From Felis catus (taxonomy: Eukaryota): a DNA stretch of 64,000 nt. The translations under genes and the position numbers were made by a program. The notes beneath the pieces are model-generated. The model was given only the letters and a program-made list of their open reading frames with translations, made no database searches and was not told the origin of the DNA. This document shows, in pieces, positions 49,111 through 61,351 of the stretch; within the stretch, counting starts at the first letter, position 1; each line of letters starts with the position of its first letter. The stretch lies in contig NC_058368.1 in NCBI RefSeq assembly GCF_018350175.1, positions 106,580,001-106,644,000 on the forward strand, given 5' to 3'.

Positions 49111-51264
49111 TATTTTGTTCTGTTTTTCTCTATCAAGTCTCTCTCCCTCTCACCCTCTGTCACTCCAGTTTTTCTCACTGAAGAAACAGGTTACTTATCA
49201 TGTACAGTTTCTCATGGTCTGTATTTTGCAGATTGCATTCTGATGGTGTAGTTTAATTTGTTTCACAGACCCTTATTTATCCTATAAATTTCTAATCAGA
49301 GTTACAGTCTTGGCCACATCCAAGCTACCATTTGGTTGGCTGGAGGACAGGATTCTCTAGTGGAGCACGCCTCCATCATCCATGTCTGCCTGATGATATC
49401 AGCCATTGGTTCATATTGCCTAGACTCATGGGATCTTCTGATATTTGGAATAAATAAGTCAATCCAAAAACATTTCAAGTGTACTTAAAACTTACATAGG
49501 CCCCACATAATTACTATATTCCCCATTGCTACCTGGCACCAGAGATGGAAGCTGTCACATTTTTGTTTCCAACCGATTCCACATCGAATGCATTAAAATC
49601 ATCCTTTTTCGTAAGTGTGCTATCACTTCAAAAGGGAATTCTTAAGGCTAAACATAAGAAATTACGGCACATATATGAACTTATTCTAGTACACAAGTAA
49701 GGGAAAAAAAAGTGTTTCAGAGCGTGGGCTTGCTTTTGCACCCTTGCTAATAACACCTCATAAACAGTCATTCAGGGGACTTTTTTGTTGACTCCTAGGA
49801 ATACTTTATTCACTAATGATATTGCTCATTTTTGGATATTGTATATATTGCATATATTTTTCCCACTGTCTATGTTCTCATCTCTTTGGGGGTGATTTTG
49901 GTCTTTAAGAGTCTTTAATTTTGACTCTATAATATAATAGATATTATATAATAATATCTATAATATTCTTTTAAGCTTTCTTGGTTCCCTTTCTTCTCTA
50001 GTCATGCCTAGAGGTTGTTTGGTACTTGCTTCACATTGAGATTTTTCTATATCATGCTTAAGTTTCCATAAGCAACTTTAATTAATTAAAAAAATGTATT
50101 AGTGCCCGGAGCAGTATGTAGCCAATCATTTTAGTTCTTTTATCCCTGAAGAAATGCTAAAGTACCAGATTCATTAACTTAATGAGGTTACATTAATCAC
50201 TTGGAGAAAACGGCCAGTACTAAAGGCAGAAGTCCAAAGGAGGAAGTAACACGCTGATGGCAAATAGGTTTAATTGTGAGTGCTGGCTTAGATCTGTCAG
50301 TAATGAGACCTGAAATATAATGCTGTGAATATGTCCAACTATGAACTTCTGTGGATTTAGGAAGGCACAAAATCCTGATTAATTAATAACATCAACAATA
50401 GGATGGGGAGAAGCAATGATGGTACGCTTGCTATTTATTTCCCAAATGGCAAATATCGTTTCCAAAACCAGTTCTTTACCCAGCATCATCATTTATGCCT
50501 GCTTCCTAAGAGTACCACCACCATATGCTGGAAGTACTGAAGAATGCAAGAGAGCATGACGGTAGCTTTCTTTATGTTGATGTTTAAAAACCTTGAAGGG
50601 AAAAAAAAGTCTGTGTACCAAATATTATTGTTGATGTCTTTTAAAAATGTATGTGAGAATTATTTGTTATGTTGCAGTAATACTTCATACCCACTAAGTT
50701 GAGACAGTTCTTACTGAGAAAATATTCAGCTCATTATATTGGGTACATCTTGAAAAAATTAAGTCATTTCATTATAGCAAATGCACAAACTAGCCAACAG
50801 GAATCTTAATCACTGGGCTATATCTCATGTGAATGTATAAAAAGCTCTCAGACTAGGTATCATGAAAATGACTACTGTCAGAGTAGTCAGAGCTCAGAAA
50901 ATTTGAGCACTGGCCAGTTTTTTGAGGTCCAAAGCGACCCTACGATCTGTTCGCTCAGAATATGAAGTTTACCAATATCTGCTGTGTTAATAATTATCAG
51001 CTACATTTCTGTCTCTTTACCACATGTATCTTCAACTTCAGTTTAGGTTTCTTTTGCCAGGCCAGTCACTCGTTCTTTCCTGTGAAGGTCTCCTTGGCTC
51101 GTGCTCACACAAGCATCCTGTTTGCTCCTGTAAACAGCCACTTATTGGTCTCTTTTCCCCTTTTTATCTTTCTCTTCCCGCTGTGAAGAAAATGCCTCTG
51201 ACTCTTTGTGAAGAGAATAGATTTCATGTTAAAAGTTCTTGTAACAACATCAACAACAACAACA

Positions 51265-51410
51265 AAAGTACAAGAGGACTTTGGGAGATGACGGATATGT
51301 CTATTACCTGGATTGCAGTGATGGTTTTAAGGATATGTCCAAACTCATCAAATTGTACATATTAAATCTATGCAGCTTTGTATATCATTTATACCTTCAT
51401 AAAGAAAAAG
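51265..51410 (+). mobile_element. L1M 3'-end fragment
   Basis: ctttgggagatgacggatatgtctattacctggattgcagtgatggttt..aactcatcaaattgtaca..aaatctatgcag. Confidence 0.75.
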
Positions 51411-52575
51411 GAGAAAGAGAGAGAAAATCAAAAAATACTTAATATTCAGGAGGCCCCAGGTACAAAATATTTGTAATATACTCAACACTGAGAATGCACT
51501 AAATATACATGAAATATATGAAGCACTCATTATTCATGAGTACTTAATTGGTCACCCATTGATGACACTCATTCTGGCCCATATCTCCTGAGAAATACAA
51601 ATAAAACCCAAGCCATTTGGAAGGCTAATTGACTGTAAGCTTGAGTTCTGACCAAGAATACTTGTGTCTGTGATTCTCTAATAAAGGAAGTTTGTGTCAT
51701 TGTTCCAGGACACCTTCTACCTATGGGCCCTCTTGCTAAACTCTGATACCAGAAATCACATCAGCAACAGGGAAAGCAGAGGTAGAAGAGAGAAAGGCAG
51801 GACGTATGAACATGGCACACCCCAGGATTCAGATAGTAGGGTCCTTGCATCCCAGTTGTACACCATCTAGTGTGTGTTAGCTTGCTTTGTTCCCTCCTCT
51901 TTCTGATTATGTGTTCTATGATTTCAGCATTTGAATTTAGTTTTTGAGCCTTTGTGCTCTTTGTCCTCTGGGATAACTTTCTTGGTGCTTTACTTGAAGG
52001 CTGTCATTGCATTAAGGTAATTTCCCATATGACATTTAGCTTGCCCCGTATTCATAAATAAAACATCTTTGCTTTAGGTTTGTTATTTAACATTAACTAA
52101 ATGGAGTATAATAGTCAGAAGAAATAAAATAGTAGTCTACTCAAAACAAGCCTTGGAAAGACAGGAATTTAATGCTTATCTCTTCCTATTCTTTTTAGTA
52201 TGAACTAAGGAAAAACCCTATATGGCTGGTTGCATTTAAGTTGTCTCTCCCATTAGCAAGAATGATACTGCTTCTAATCAGAATCTCTCCCTATTATGTG
52301 TTTAGTACAAATCCATCAGTATTTACATTCTCCAAAATGTTATACCTCAACTCTATTATTATTCTAGTCAAATTTTCTTCATAAACCCAATTATTTTCAC
52401 CATTTCCCACTGTCCATGAACTATTTTTCCCAATGTGCCATAGGTAGTTTTAAAAAGAACATGGATTAGTGCCCCATTCCTAACTCACAGTCTTAATTTT
52501 CCTATTATAGCTTGCAGCTGTCCTTATAGTTGAACTAATAATTTAATTACTGTTTGTAATTTCTATATACTTGGT

Positions 52576-52720
52576 GTTAGTTTTCTACTGATAGCATGAA
52601 AGATTACCACAGAGTTAGTGGCTTATAACAACAAAATGTATTATTTTAGAGTTCTGTAGAGGCCCCATGCAGGTTTCACTGGGCCAAAGCCAAGGTGTTA
52701 CCAGGGCTGTATTCTTTTAC
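52576..52720 (-). mobile_element. MaLR LTR 3' fragment (MLT1C/D-like)
   Basis: ttagttttctactg..attaccacagagttagtggctt..acaacaaaatgtattattttagagttctg..gccaaggtgtt. Confidence 0.7.
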
Positions 52721-52734
52721 AGAAAGGGAATGGA

Positions 52735-53745
52735 CTCCGCAGCAGTCCCATGCTTGGGCCATTTGATCCAATAGATCTTTGTGGTGTTGGAGGTATCAGT
52801 AGTATGAAAGAGGCAGTCTAGAGTTCGTGGCAGGCTCCATTGGGAGAATCTTAATGAAGAGTTTGAGGATTCTGGTGTATATGCCATCTGCAATGGGAAC
52901 TTCTGTTTTGAGAAAGCAAACAGTGGCGTGTTAGTGGGCGTTGGTAGAGATGGAGTGCCCGCCTATGGGAAGTTAAGTGAGCATGTGGCCAGAACTGCCT
53001 ATCATGAGGTAGATCCTGTCACACCCATCTGTTGGTAGGTCTCATACATTGAGCATACCCATTAATAATTCATCCTCACTTGAAAGGGATACATCCAGGA
53101 TCAAGCATGAGCAGTACCAGGGAACAAAACAAGGTGCACGAGAAGGTACCCTAATCCTCATGGCATCCACCACTGGCAGCATCTCTCCCTCAGGTCATGG
53201 CTAAGATTTTTTTTTAAGGACCGACTCAGGATATACGTGCAAAATGAATGGATGGTGGCTAAATTGCCACCTAGCTCAGGGGTGGCCTACAACATTGGCG
53301 ACAGTAGATAGAGAAAACCCTTCTAATTAGCAGAGCTTCAGATTGCAAATCTGGTTATCTGCACTGTATCAAAAGAAAGGAGGCCTAAAATTCAAATATA
53401 TAAATATTGATTGGTAGCGATCAGTGCATTGGGTGGTTGACAAGGGCCAAGAAGGAGAGTGCAGAAAAAGATCAGACAGAAGTACAAAGAGTTATGCGGT
53501 AGAAACATATGGATGGACATATGAGAGTGGCCGTGAGGTGTGAATATTGTTGTATTGTATGTTAATGCCCACAAGAAAACATTCCTCATAGAAGAGGCCA
53601 GAATCAAAAATGACCCAGCCAGGGACATCAGCCCACCTCTCTCATTGGACACTCTAGTGTTGCTGCATTAAGCACACGAATAAAGTGGTCTCGATGGCAG
53701 AGGTGAAGGCTGTGTGCCCAACAGCATTTGCTTCTACTAGTAAGT
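52735..53745 (+). mobile_element. ERV-L pol fossil (connection, RNase H, start of integrase)
   Basis: Motifs LGPFDPID (52753), WQAPLGES (52828), PELPIM (52989), GRNIWMDI (53498), VNAH (53561) collinear with ERV-L Pol; many stops. Confidence 0.85.
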
Positions 53746-53759
53746 CAAGACTAAACCAT

Positions 53760-54240
53760 CTGAAGATACAAAGTAATTACCAAAACCAGCCTTACATATG
53801 ACCAAAAGCTGGAACTGACTGAATTTAAAATAACTACAAATAACCTGTTAAAGGCTCTAATAGAAAAGTTAGACAAGACGCAAGACCAGATGAGTAATTT
53901 TAATCCAGAGCTGGAAACGGTAGGAAAGACTCAGGGGCACCTGGGTGGCTCAGTCAGTTGAGTGTCCGACTTCAGCTCAGGTCATGATCTCACAGTTCGT
54001 GGGTTCGAGCCCCGCGTCAGGCTCTGTGCTGACCGCTTGGAGCCTGGAGCCTGCTTCGGATTCTGTGTCTCCCTCTCTCTCTGCCTCTCCCCCCTCACGC
54101 CATGTATGTCTCTGTCTCTCAAAAAGGAATAAGCATTTTAAAAAAATTTTTTAAAAAGGAAAGAATCAAAGCTAATGGAAATACTTGAATTCAAAAACAC
54201 AGTAACAGAAATGATAAAGTTGTCTATAGATATCATTTTT
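53760..54240 (+). mobile_element. Old L1 ORF1 N-terminal fragment split by a SINE
   Basis: gaatttaaaataactac..aaaggctctaatagaaaagttagacaa..gagctggaaac [SINE] atggaaatacttgaattcaaaaacacagtaacagaaatg. Confidence 0.65.
53934..54156 (+). mobile_element. CanSINE
   Basis: TSD aggaaagactca/aggaaagaatca. Confidence 0.95.
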
Positions 54241-56618
54241 CAGATCTCTGAAGAAGGAATTCAGTTGTTACACCTCCTTACTTTATACTTTTACCAATGT
54301 AAGAACTCAGAATGATTTGACAGATCACGTGTTTTAAACTTATTTATATTTCTTTTGGATTGCTTGAGTAATAAAATAAAAACAAGCAAATCCAATAGAG
54401 TTATTTTACTGACTCAACTGTGTTCAAGTGAGTGTGTGTGTAAGTGTATATTTAAACTGATTTCCTTAAATTAAATCAAAACATCTGAATTAATTTCTGC
54501 CTAATGCCACTAATTTCAGTGATTGGATTTGGGTGTAAAGATAGGGAAAAGGTTTGTATCTAAAGCTAAGAATGGCACTTATTCTAGAAATTTCTGCATA
54601 CTCGAAAAGCATGCAGGCTTTCAGGCAGCAACAATTTTGTGTTGCATCTTAGACTAAACTTCCCAGGGAATTCCATTAAATAGAATTGTTCTGTGGGAAG
54701 ACAACACTCTGTGATATAAAACGGCCCTCAGCAATTTGCTAAATTGCTTTTTCATTAAGCCATATTTTTAAAAGTATAAACAACCAATTTGAGCACTTCT
54801 CCTCAAAATAATACACATGACAAAATCAAGAAAATCTTGAATGACAATCCAATCAGTGTTCTGTTGAATAGTGCTATTAAAAAAAAACAACGATAATCAT
54901 ACACATTCTCCCCACAGGTACTGCTGTTAATAATACTATTTGTTATTGGTTGAGTGCGGACAGTGCACAGAAACAGCCCCCGCCCTGGGGGCTTATAAGA
55001 GAACCTAGACAGCCAAGGGAATCTGAATAAACTATGCCATTGAATGTGAAGCTTTGGGGCTTAGGTCCATCTATAAATTTCTCTTTTTCTCTTCATTCTC
55101 CCCCCTTTATTTTTATAAAACACTGTATATAAAGTAAATACATTACTGTAGGTTTTTTTTCAGATTTCTCCGTGGTAATTTACATTAAACGAGTCACATG
55201 TCGATTTATGATAAAGTTCTTTAATGTCGTTCAAGTACAGATCACTGAAAGTCCATGACAGCTTTTCACAGAGAATTTGAGATTAAATCATAAATATTTG
55301 TCATATAATAAAAATATTTTAAATGCAAAAATTATCTTTTCTCATTTTCAGAGAACAGGAAACTATTATAGTTGGAGAACAAAAAGAAGAAAAGAGGGAA
55401 GCAAGAGATGCTAACTACACACTATTTATTCACAGCTGTTTGAGGTCTTTGTTTTACCTGACAGCTTTTCTCTATGGTATTTGAGTCTTTTCAAGTGGAT
55501 TTAGTCCTAGAGCAAGGTTTCTTTCAGAAAGTTTTTAAATAGTTTTTGAAGTAATCTTAAATATATATGTGTATTATGTATATATGTATATAAGTAAATC
55601 TTTTATTTCAGCCTGCAAATATAGTATAGAACTACACAATTAACATTTGGAAATCATGAGTTTAATGTGATATAAATTCGTTGTTTAGATGAACAGAAAT
55701 ACATCGTTGCCCTCATAGAAGAGAATACTACCATTTTTCAGAAAGCAGTTTAGAACAAGAATCAGGATCTAGCATATTTATGTACGTTTCGGAGATACAA
55801 AAGCAGTTTATAATCTATCTTGAATTTTCATAAGTTTATTATCATGAGATAATATTTGAAAGGCTTTCCAGAAACAGGAAGACATAAGTTTTCTGGTTCT
55901 AATTTAAATAGTCATATGATATGTGACCTTAATGTAGTAAGAGGTATTCTGGCCAGGGTACTTTCTTCTGTGGATCAAGTGTATTTTTGTTAAATTGTAA
56001 AAATTTAAAACAAATGTCTCCCAAGCTGAAAAAAAAACCCTCAAGGGCATCATCAGTCATAGGTTTAAAACACATGCCCAAATAATTAACAGCTAAATCA
56101 TAGTAAAAAAAAATAGCTTTTCCTGAACAATTTGTGGTAGTTAATATTTAAAGTCTTCTCTTAGAAGGCAATTGTTCTAGAATGACTGATTCTCTCTTTG
56201 CACTTTCAGTCAATAAACATTAATGAGTCAATTATGTAAAAGTAGAAATAAAACAGAGAAGCATTCAGTACTTGTAATTTTTTCCTTTAAAAAATTCTTG
56301 AGTAGATTTTTAAGGTTCTAGAGAACTACATGACATAATAGAAGACATTACAAGAAGTTTCTCTCTGTGTAGCTCTATTACACTTAATAAATTATCTCTA
56401 TTTCAGATAAATTATTCACCTGTCTTTATGTATTTCAATAGTTATATACTCTGCCATTCCTTTTTGCATATTTATATGCATATATACACCCACCATATAT
56501 CAGAGGAAATATTATGCACATTGCATTGTGATTTACTTTTTAAAGTTTTTAGGATACACTATATATCCCTTTCCATATCAGTAGAAAAAAATAAATGCTT
56601 AAATAAAAGTAATTGGGA

Positions 56619-56812
56619 GGGATGTCTGGGTGGCTCAGTTAGTTGAGCCTCCGGCCCTTGATTTCGGCTCAATTCAGCATCCCAGGGTTGTGGGATTGAG
56701 CCCCACATGGGGCTCCACGCTGGGTGTCGTGCCTACTTGGGATTCTCTCTTTCTTCTTCCCTCTGCCCTTCTTCCCCACTTGTGCACTCAATCTCTCACT
56801 CTCTAAAATAAA
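56619..56812 (+). mobile_element. CanSINE
   Basis: TSD aaaagtaattggga/aaaagtaattgaga. Confidence 0.92.
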
Positions 56813-57359
56813 AAAAGTAATTGAGAATTTTTTATAGTAAGATGTGCATTAAATTATTCAATCATTTGCCTACCAATGAACATAAAGACTTTCTTTCAGT
56901 TTGGTGCTATTATGAATGGTGGAGGCAAAACGTCTTTGTGTGACTTCCTTAGGTGCATGGGCTTCTCTCTCTCCAAGATACATTTCTTCAAGTGAAAATG
57001 CCAGATCAACAGAATGTGTCTTTTTAAATTTTACTATAGACGACCAATTCCATTTCCATTTCCAAAGAGGGCTTAGCACACACAATCTCAGAAGCAAGGT
57101 AAGACTGCTCCCACCTTCCACATTTCACCCGCACTGACTCCTACCACTTGTTTTTTGTTTGGGGGGATTAAAAAATATCACAAGATCTTTTGGTAACGAT
57201 CAGCATTACTCACCCTAGTGGTGAAGCCAACTGACTTCTCAATATGATTGTTTCTCATTTGTGTTTTCTCTTTTCTCAATGACTTATTTTGTCCTTTACC
57301 CATTTTTCTTCCTGACTGCTGGCATTCTTTTGAAATTAATTTATAAGAGTTCTTTTTAT

Positions 57360-57474
57360 TTTATTTTTTTAAGATTTTATTTTTTTAAGTAATCTTTACA
57401 CCAAAAATGGGACTTTATTTACAGCCCTGAGATCAAGAATTGCATGCACCACCCACTGAGCCAGCCAGGAACCC
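57360..57474 (-). mobile_element. Short tRNA-Lys-like CanSINE
   Basis: aagtaatctttacacc..ccctgagatcaagaattgcatgc..ctgagccagccaggaaccc; TSD tctttttat. Confidence 0.85.
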
Positions 57475-58289
57475 TCTTTTTATATTCGAGATATAATCCC
57501 TTTGTCTTATTGGCTTTTGACTTTATAAAATATATTTTATCATACATACATTTTTAAATATTTGAAGTCAAATCTGTGTCTTTTCCTTGGTGACTTTTAC
57601 CTTTTCTGTATTGTTTCAAAGGCTTTCCTAGCCAAAGATTATTCAAATATGTAATGATATTTTTGCCACTGGCCTATTGGAGAATCAGCGGTAGTGGAAG
57701 CCAGATAAACTTTAGTGAGGGAATAGGTGCTGCAAGTTAATAAAGAGCTTCCATACATGGCACCAGTGCTGTTCAGTTATATTCTCATTGATCAATGATG
57801 CGTATGTAAAGAAAAAGGCTGGCTGATGTCATCAGAGAGGGCTGCTTTGTATAATCCGGGAATGAGCCCCTCTTTCACCGAGTGGAGTTTTGAGGACCAT
57901 GCCTCTTTCTAGCTGGCTGGACAAAAAAAAAGATGTCTGCTTGAAATTCAGCCTACTGTCCTTCAGGAGACTCCAGAATGGAGCTATACCATCCCAGTAG
58001 TCTGCTTGTGGTTGGTGCAAGCAAACTACACACAGAAACCTATGACTGGGGCTCAATTTGTTGCTCTTTAGTCATTAATTGCTCTTTGAAAATCTCCCAT
58101 GAAACAACAGATAAGTTTTGTGGGAAGGACTTTAGTGAGCTGAATAATCATGCTCATCTTCTAAGAGAATAGTTTATGAAGAATGGGACCATGAGCACCA
58201 GCTTACACATAGTCCTGTATAGGCAAGTTCTCTTTGCTGAGAATTTCTAGACAAGTTGAACTAGATTCCTTCCTCCTTTCTTCCTTTCC

Positions 58290-58410
58290 TCCATCTATCA
58301 GCAAGTATTTACTAAACAACCTGGTATTATTTCAGAATCTAGGCGATTGTGGTGAGCAAGACAGGACCGTCCCTTCCTTTGTGGTATTAATATTCCAGTA
58401 GAAGAGAATA
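58290..58410 (-). mobile_element. L2 3' end
   Basis: tcagcaagtatttactaaac..gtggtgagcaagacag..atattccagtag. Confidence 0.55.
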
Positions 58411-58414
58411 GCAC

Positions 58415-59010
58415 TTGATTTATGACGGGCAGCTTGGTTTATCTGAACATCTGCTATTCTGTACTCAGGTATTCAGTCTTAGTCATAGCCTAGTAGGAAG
58501 CCAAGAACTTTTCTGAAGAGAATAGTTGTTTGCTGCAGATAAGGGCTTCCGTTTTGATTTTCTAATCATGGCTTGTGACCACTCGATACAAGGATGAGAT
58601 GTTACAAACATGCGTGATGCCACCCTTAATTTCCTGAGTTTATAGGGCAGAGAGTCCTAGGTATTTGCACCTCAACAAGGCCGGCTGGAGAAACTTTGGT
58701 TGCTCTGAAGCATACTCAAAATATGTCATCCTTTGAATCAAATAGTAAATAGGCTGGCAAGGTAAACTCAAATAAGGTGTATGTTTTCTCCAAATTCCAA
58801 AGAACCCACAAAATGTTTTTCTTACTGGTGGGATACAAGGTCCAGAAAAATACTTCTTGACATTGAAAGGGAGATCCTGACACGTCCCAAATTTCCGGAC
58901 TCCCACAAACTTAGGTGGTAGGCCTTTAATCTCCCATTCTTTGATATACGTGCTTTCTGTCCAGACTGGCTACATCATGCTCTCTGTGTTCTATCAGCAT
59001 CATTCCTAAC
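58415..59010 (-). mobile_element. ERV-L pol fossil (RT C-terminus/thumb to connection)
   Basis: ORF 58640-58906(-) GTCQDLPFNVKK..GFFGIWRKHTPYL..QPIYYLIQRMTYFEYASEQPKFLQ aligns to ERV-L GACRDIPSKVK..GLFGFWRQHIPHL..PIYRVTRKAASFEWGPEQEKALQ; downstream SAANNYS..KLPVIN. Confidence 0.8.
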
Positions 59011-59421
59011 TTAAGGACAGACGTTATATTCCTTGGAGGAATATAAAATGTAAGGTCTCTGTGGACCAAATTACAGAAAACATTAGAGAGTAGACATAAT
59101 CCACATAGAGTCTGTACTTAGTTCTCTCTTTCAGATAAAAACAAATTGTTTCCATTGCTTTACATTAACAGGGATAAAGAAAAAATATTACCAAATCAGT
59201 AGCTGCTTATTAATTATCAGAGATTGTATTTAGTTGCCTAAGTAGAAAGGCTACACCCAAAATCCCAGCTAAAATTAATTAATTATGCAATGATCATTTA
59301 TTATTTCCCAGGGCTTCCCTATATTTAAAGGAAAATGGGGAAAAAACCTACCACCTTTGTGTCTTCTAAGTCTTTGATAGAGGCACTAATGTCTATAGTT
59401 GGACAGTGATTCAGGATTACT

Positions 59422-59477
59422 GGGCTTTTTTCATTTTATTTATTTTAGAAAGTGTGTGTGAGTGGGGGAGAGGAGCA

Positions 59478-59520
<43 letters not shown>

Positions 59521-59644
59521 TCTTAAGCAGGCTCCACAGTCAGCGTGGTGCCCGATGCAGGGCTCAAGCCCACAACCCTGGGATCACAACCTGAGCTGAA
59601 ATCAAGAATCAGATGTTCAACTGACTGAACCACCTAGGTGCCCC
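59422..59644 (-). mobile_element. CanSINE with internal (AC)~20 microsatellite
   Basis: TSD caggattact x2; (ac)n at ~59479-59517. Confidence 0.93.
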
Positions 59645-59849
59645 CAGGATTACTTTGATTTATACTTTTGGTTTGGAGGAGGGTTCCAGTGGTTTCCATT
59701 TAGTGTCTTATCACAGTTGTCCTTACCCTGTGTGACAGGATACTGTCTGCCAGTTCTCAGTATTTCTATTCCTAGTACATATTCAGCAAGTGGAGAAAAA
59801 ACACAGCATTATAGGAGAGATTGCTAGATTTCCACTAAAATCCACCTCC

Positions 59850-60435
59850 TCTTTTACCCTCAATAAAATGTTAGGTTGTAATATTGCCTACTTTCCCCTG
59901 CATATAGAGATGATCCTATAATTAGATTTTGCCAAAAAAAAAAAAATGTTAACAGGCATGATGTGTACCATTTCTAAGTTTTTTTTGGAAACATGTCTGC
60001 CTCTTCATGTGTTCCCCCTTCCATAGGTGGCCCACAGGCATCAAGGTTATGGGACATGAAAGAGCCCCAGGAGACGAGCCTGGGTCTTAAAGTATAAGGA
60101 ACTCCTGCCCAGACTCTTAGAAAGTGAAAAATATATTTCTTGGGGTGCCTGGGTGGCGCAGTCGGTTAAGCGTCCGACTTCAGCCAGGTCACCATCTCGC
60201 GGTCCGTGAGTTCGAGCCCCGCGTCAGGCTCTGGGCTGATGGCTCAGAGCCTGGAGCCTGTTTCCGATTCTGTGTCTCCCTCTCTCTCTGCCCCTCCCCC
60301 GTTCATGCTCTGTCTCTCTCTGTCCCAAAAATAAACGTTGAAAAAAAAATTAAAAAAAAGAAAAATATATTTCTTTCGTGTTTCAGCTATTACATATTTG
60401 GAGGTATATTTGTTTCACTATAATCAAGCATAATA
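59850..60435 (+). mobile_element. Old ERVL-class LTR (LTR33/LTR16-like) split by a SINE
   Basis: tgatgtgtaccatttct..gagcctgggtc..[SINE]..tgtttcagctatt..tttggaggtatatttgtt. Confidence 0.4.
60142..60359 (+). mobile_element. Young felid SINE (SINEC_Fc-like)
   Basis: CpG-rich; perfect 16-bp TSD gaaaaatatatttctt. Confidence 0.97.
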
Positions 60436-60801
60436 TATATTTGTATGTTATATATTTGAGACTTACCATAGTCTAATACCACTGTGTGAATGCAGGATTT
60501 CACTAGGCCTATTGTAAGCAGACTCAGATTGAAATTCATTTGTGACTTCAGAAGCCCATTCATTAACAAGTAAATTGCAATGGGTGTTGGGTCACCAGCT
60601 TTAGTGTGTTGTCAGAATTAATTTCCAACAATAATGACCAAAAGATCTGGGCATATTCTATTTCTCAATGTCAATAATCTTAGTAAAAAGTTACAGGTTC
60701 TTTTTTGGCAGGAAAGATGGACGGTTGGCATATAGATGATATTAGCATAGGTCTTCTCAGGGCTGTCTAGTCTTCCCTTCATTCAAAGGACTAAAGCTAT
60801 G

Positions 60802-61014
60802 AGGGCACCTGGGTGGCTCAATCAGTTAAGTATCGACTCTTTATTTCAGCTCAGGTCATGATCTAACAGTTTGTGGGATCGAGCCCTGCCTCAGGCTCCG
60901 TGCTGACAACACAGAGCCTGCTTGGGATTCTCTCTCTCCCTGCTCCTCCCCTGCTCGCTCTCTCTCTCTCACTTTCTCTCTCTCAAAATAACAAATCAAC
61001 TTAAAAAAAAAAAG
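60802..61014 (+). mobile_element. CanSINE
   Basis: Perfect TSD aaggactaaagctatg. Confidence 0.95.
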
Positions 61015-61141
61015 AAGGACTAAAGCTATGTACTGAGCCAGGTATAGGAATTTGGGAAGATGACCATGGTCCTCTGTTACAATGTATTGTCAGACATAGT
61101 GAATATTTTTGTTTTCTTGTTCTATTTTGTTTTTATGCTTT

Positions 61142-61351
61142 AAAAATATTTTTATGTTTTTATTTTATTTTTGAGAGACAGAGTGTGAGTGGGGAGGGGC
61201 AGAGAGAGAGAGAGAGACTCAGAACCTGAAGCAGGCTCCAGGCTCCGAGCTGTCAGCACAGAGCCTGACACGGGGCTCAAACTCACAAACTGTGAGATCA
61301 TGACCTGAGCTGAAGTCAGATGCCCAACCAACTGAGCCACCCAGGCACCCC
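61142..61351 (-). mobile_element. CanSINE
   Basis: TSD tgtttttatgcttt/tgtttttatacttt. Confidence 0.95.

Larger units (their letters stand above)
56330..57660 (-). mobile_element. Old L1ME-like fragment containing two SINEs
   Basis: T-rich antisense L1 pattern (ttctttcagtttggtgctattatgaat..gaaaatgccagatcaacag..ttccaaagagg..aaggctttccta). Confidence 0.6.

Noticed and set aside
55152..55180. Possible 11-nt microexon (ttttcag|atttctccgtg|gtaatt)
   Set aside because: Not frame-preserving, weak donor, no host gene identified
57205..57225. Second CTCF-like motif (tcaccctagtgg)
   Set aside because: Two mismatches at strong core positions and located inside old L1 sequence
57360..57474. tRNA-Lys gene
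   Set aside because: Degenerate, with an A-tail and TSD; it is a tRNA-derived SINE, as is 37619-37696
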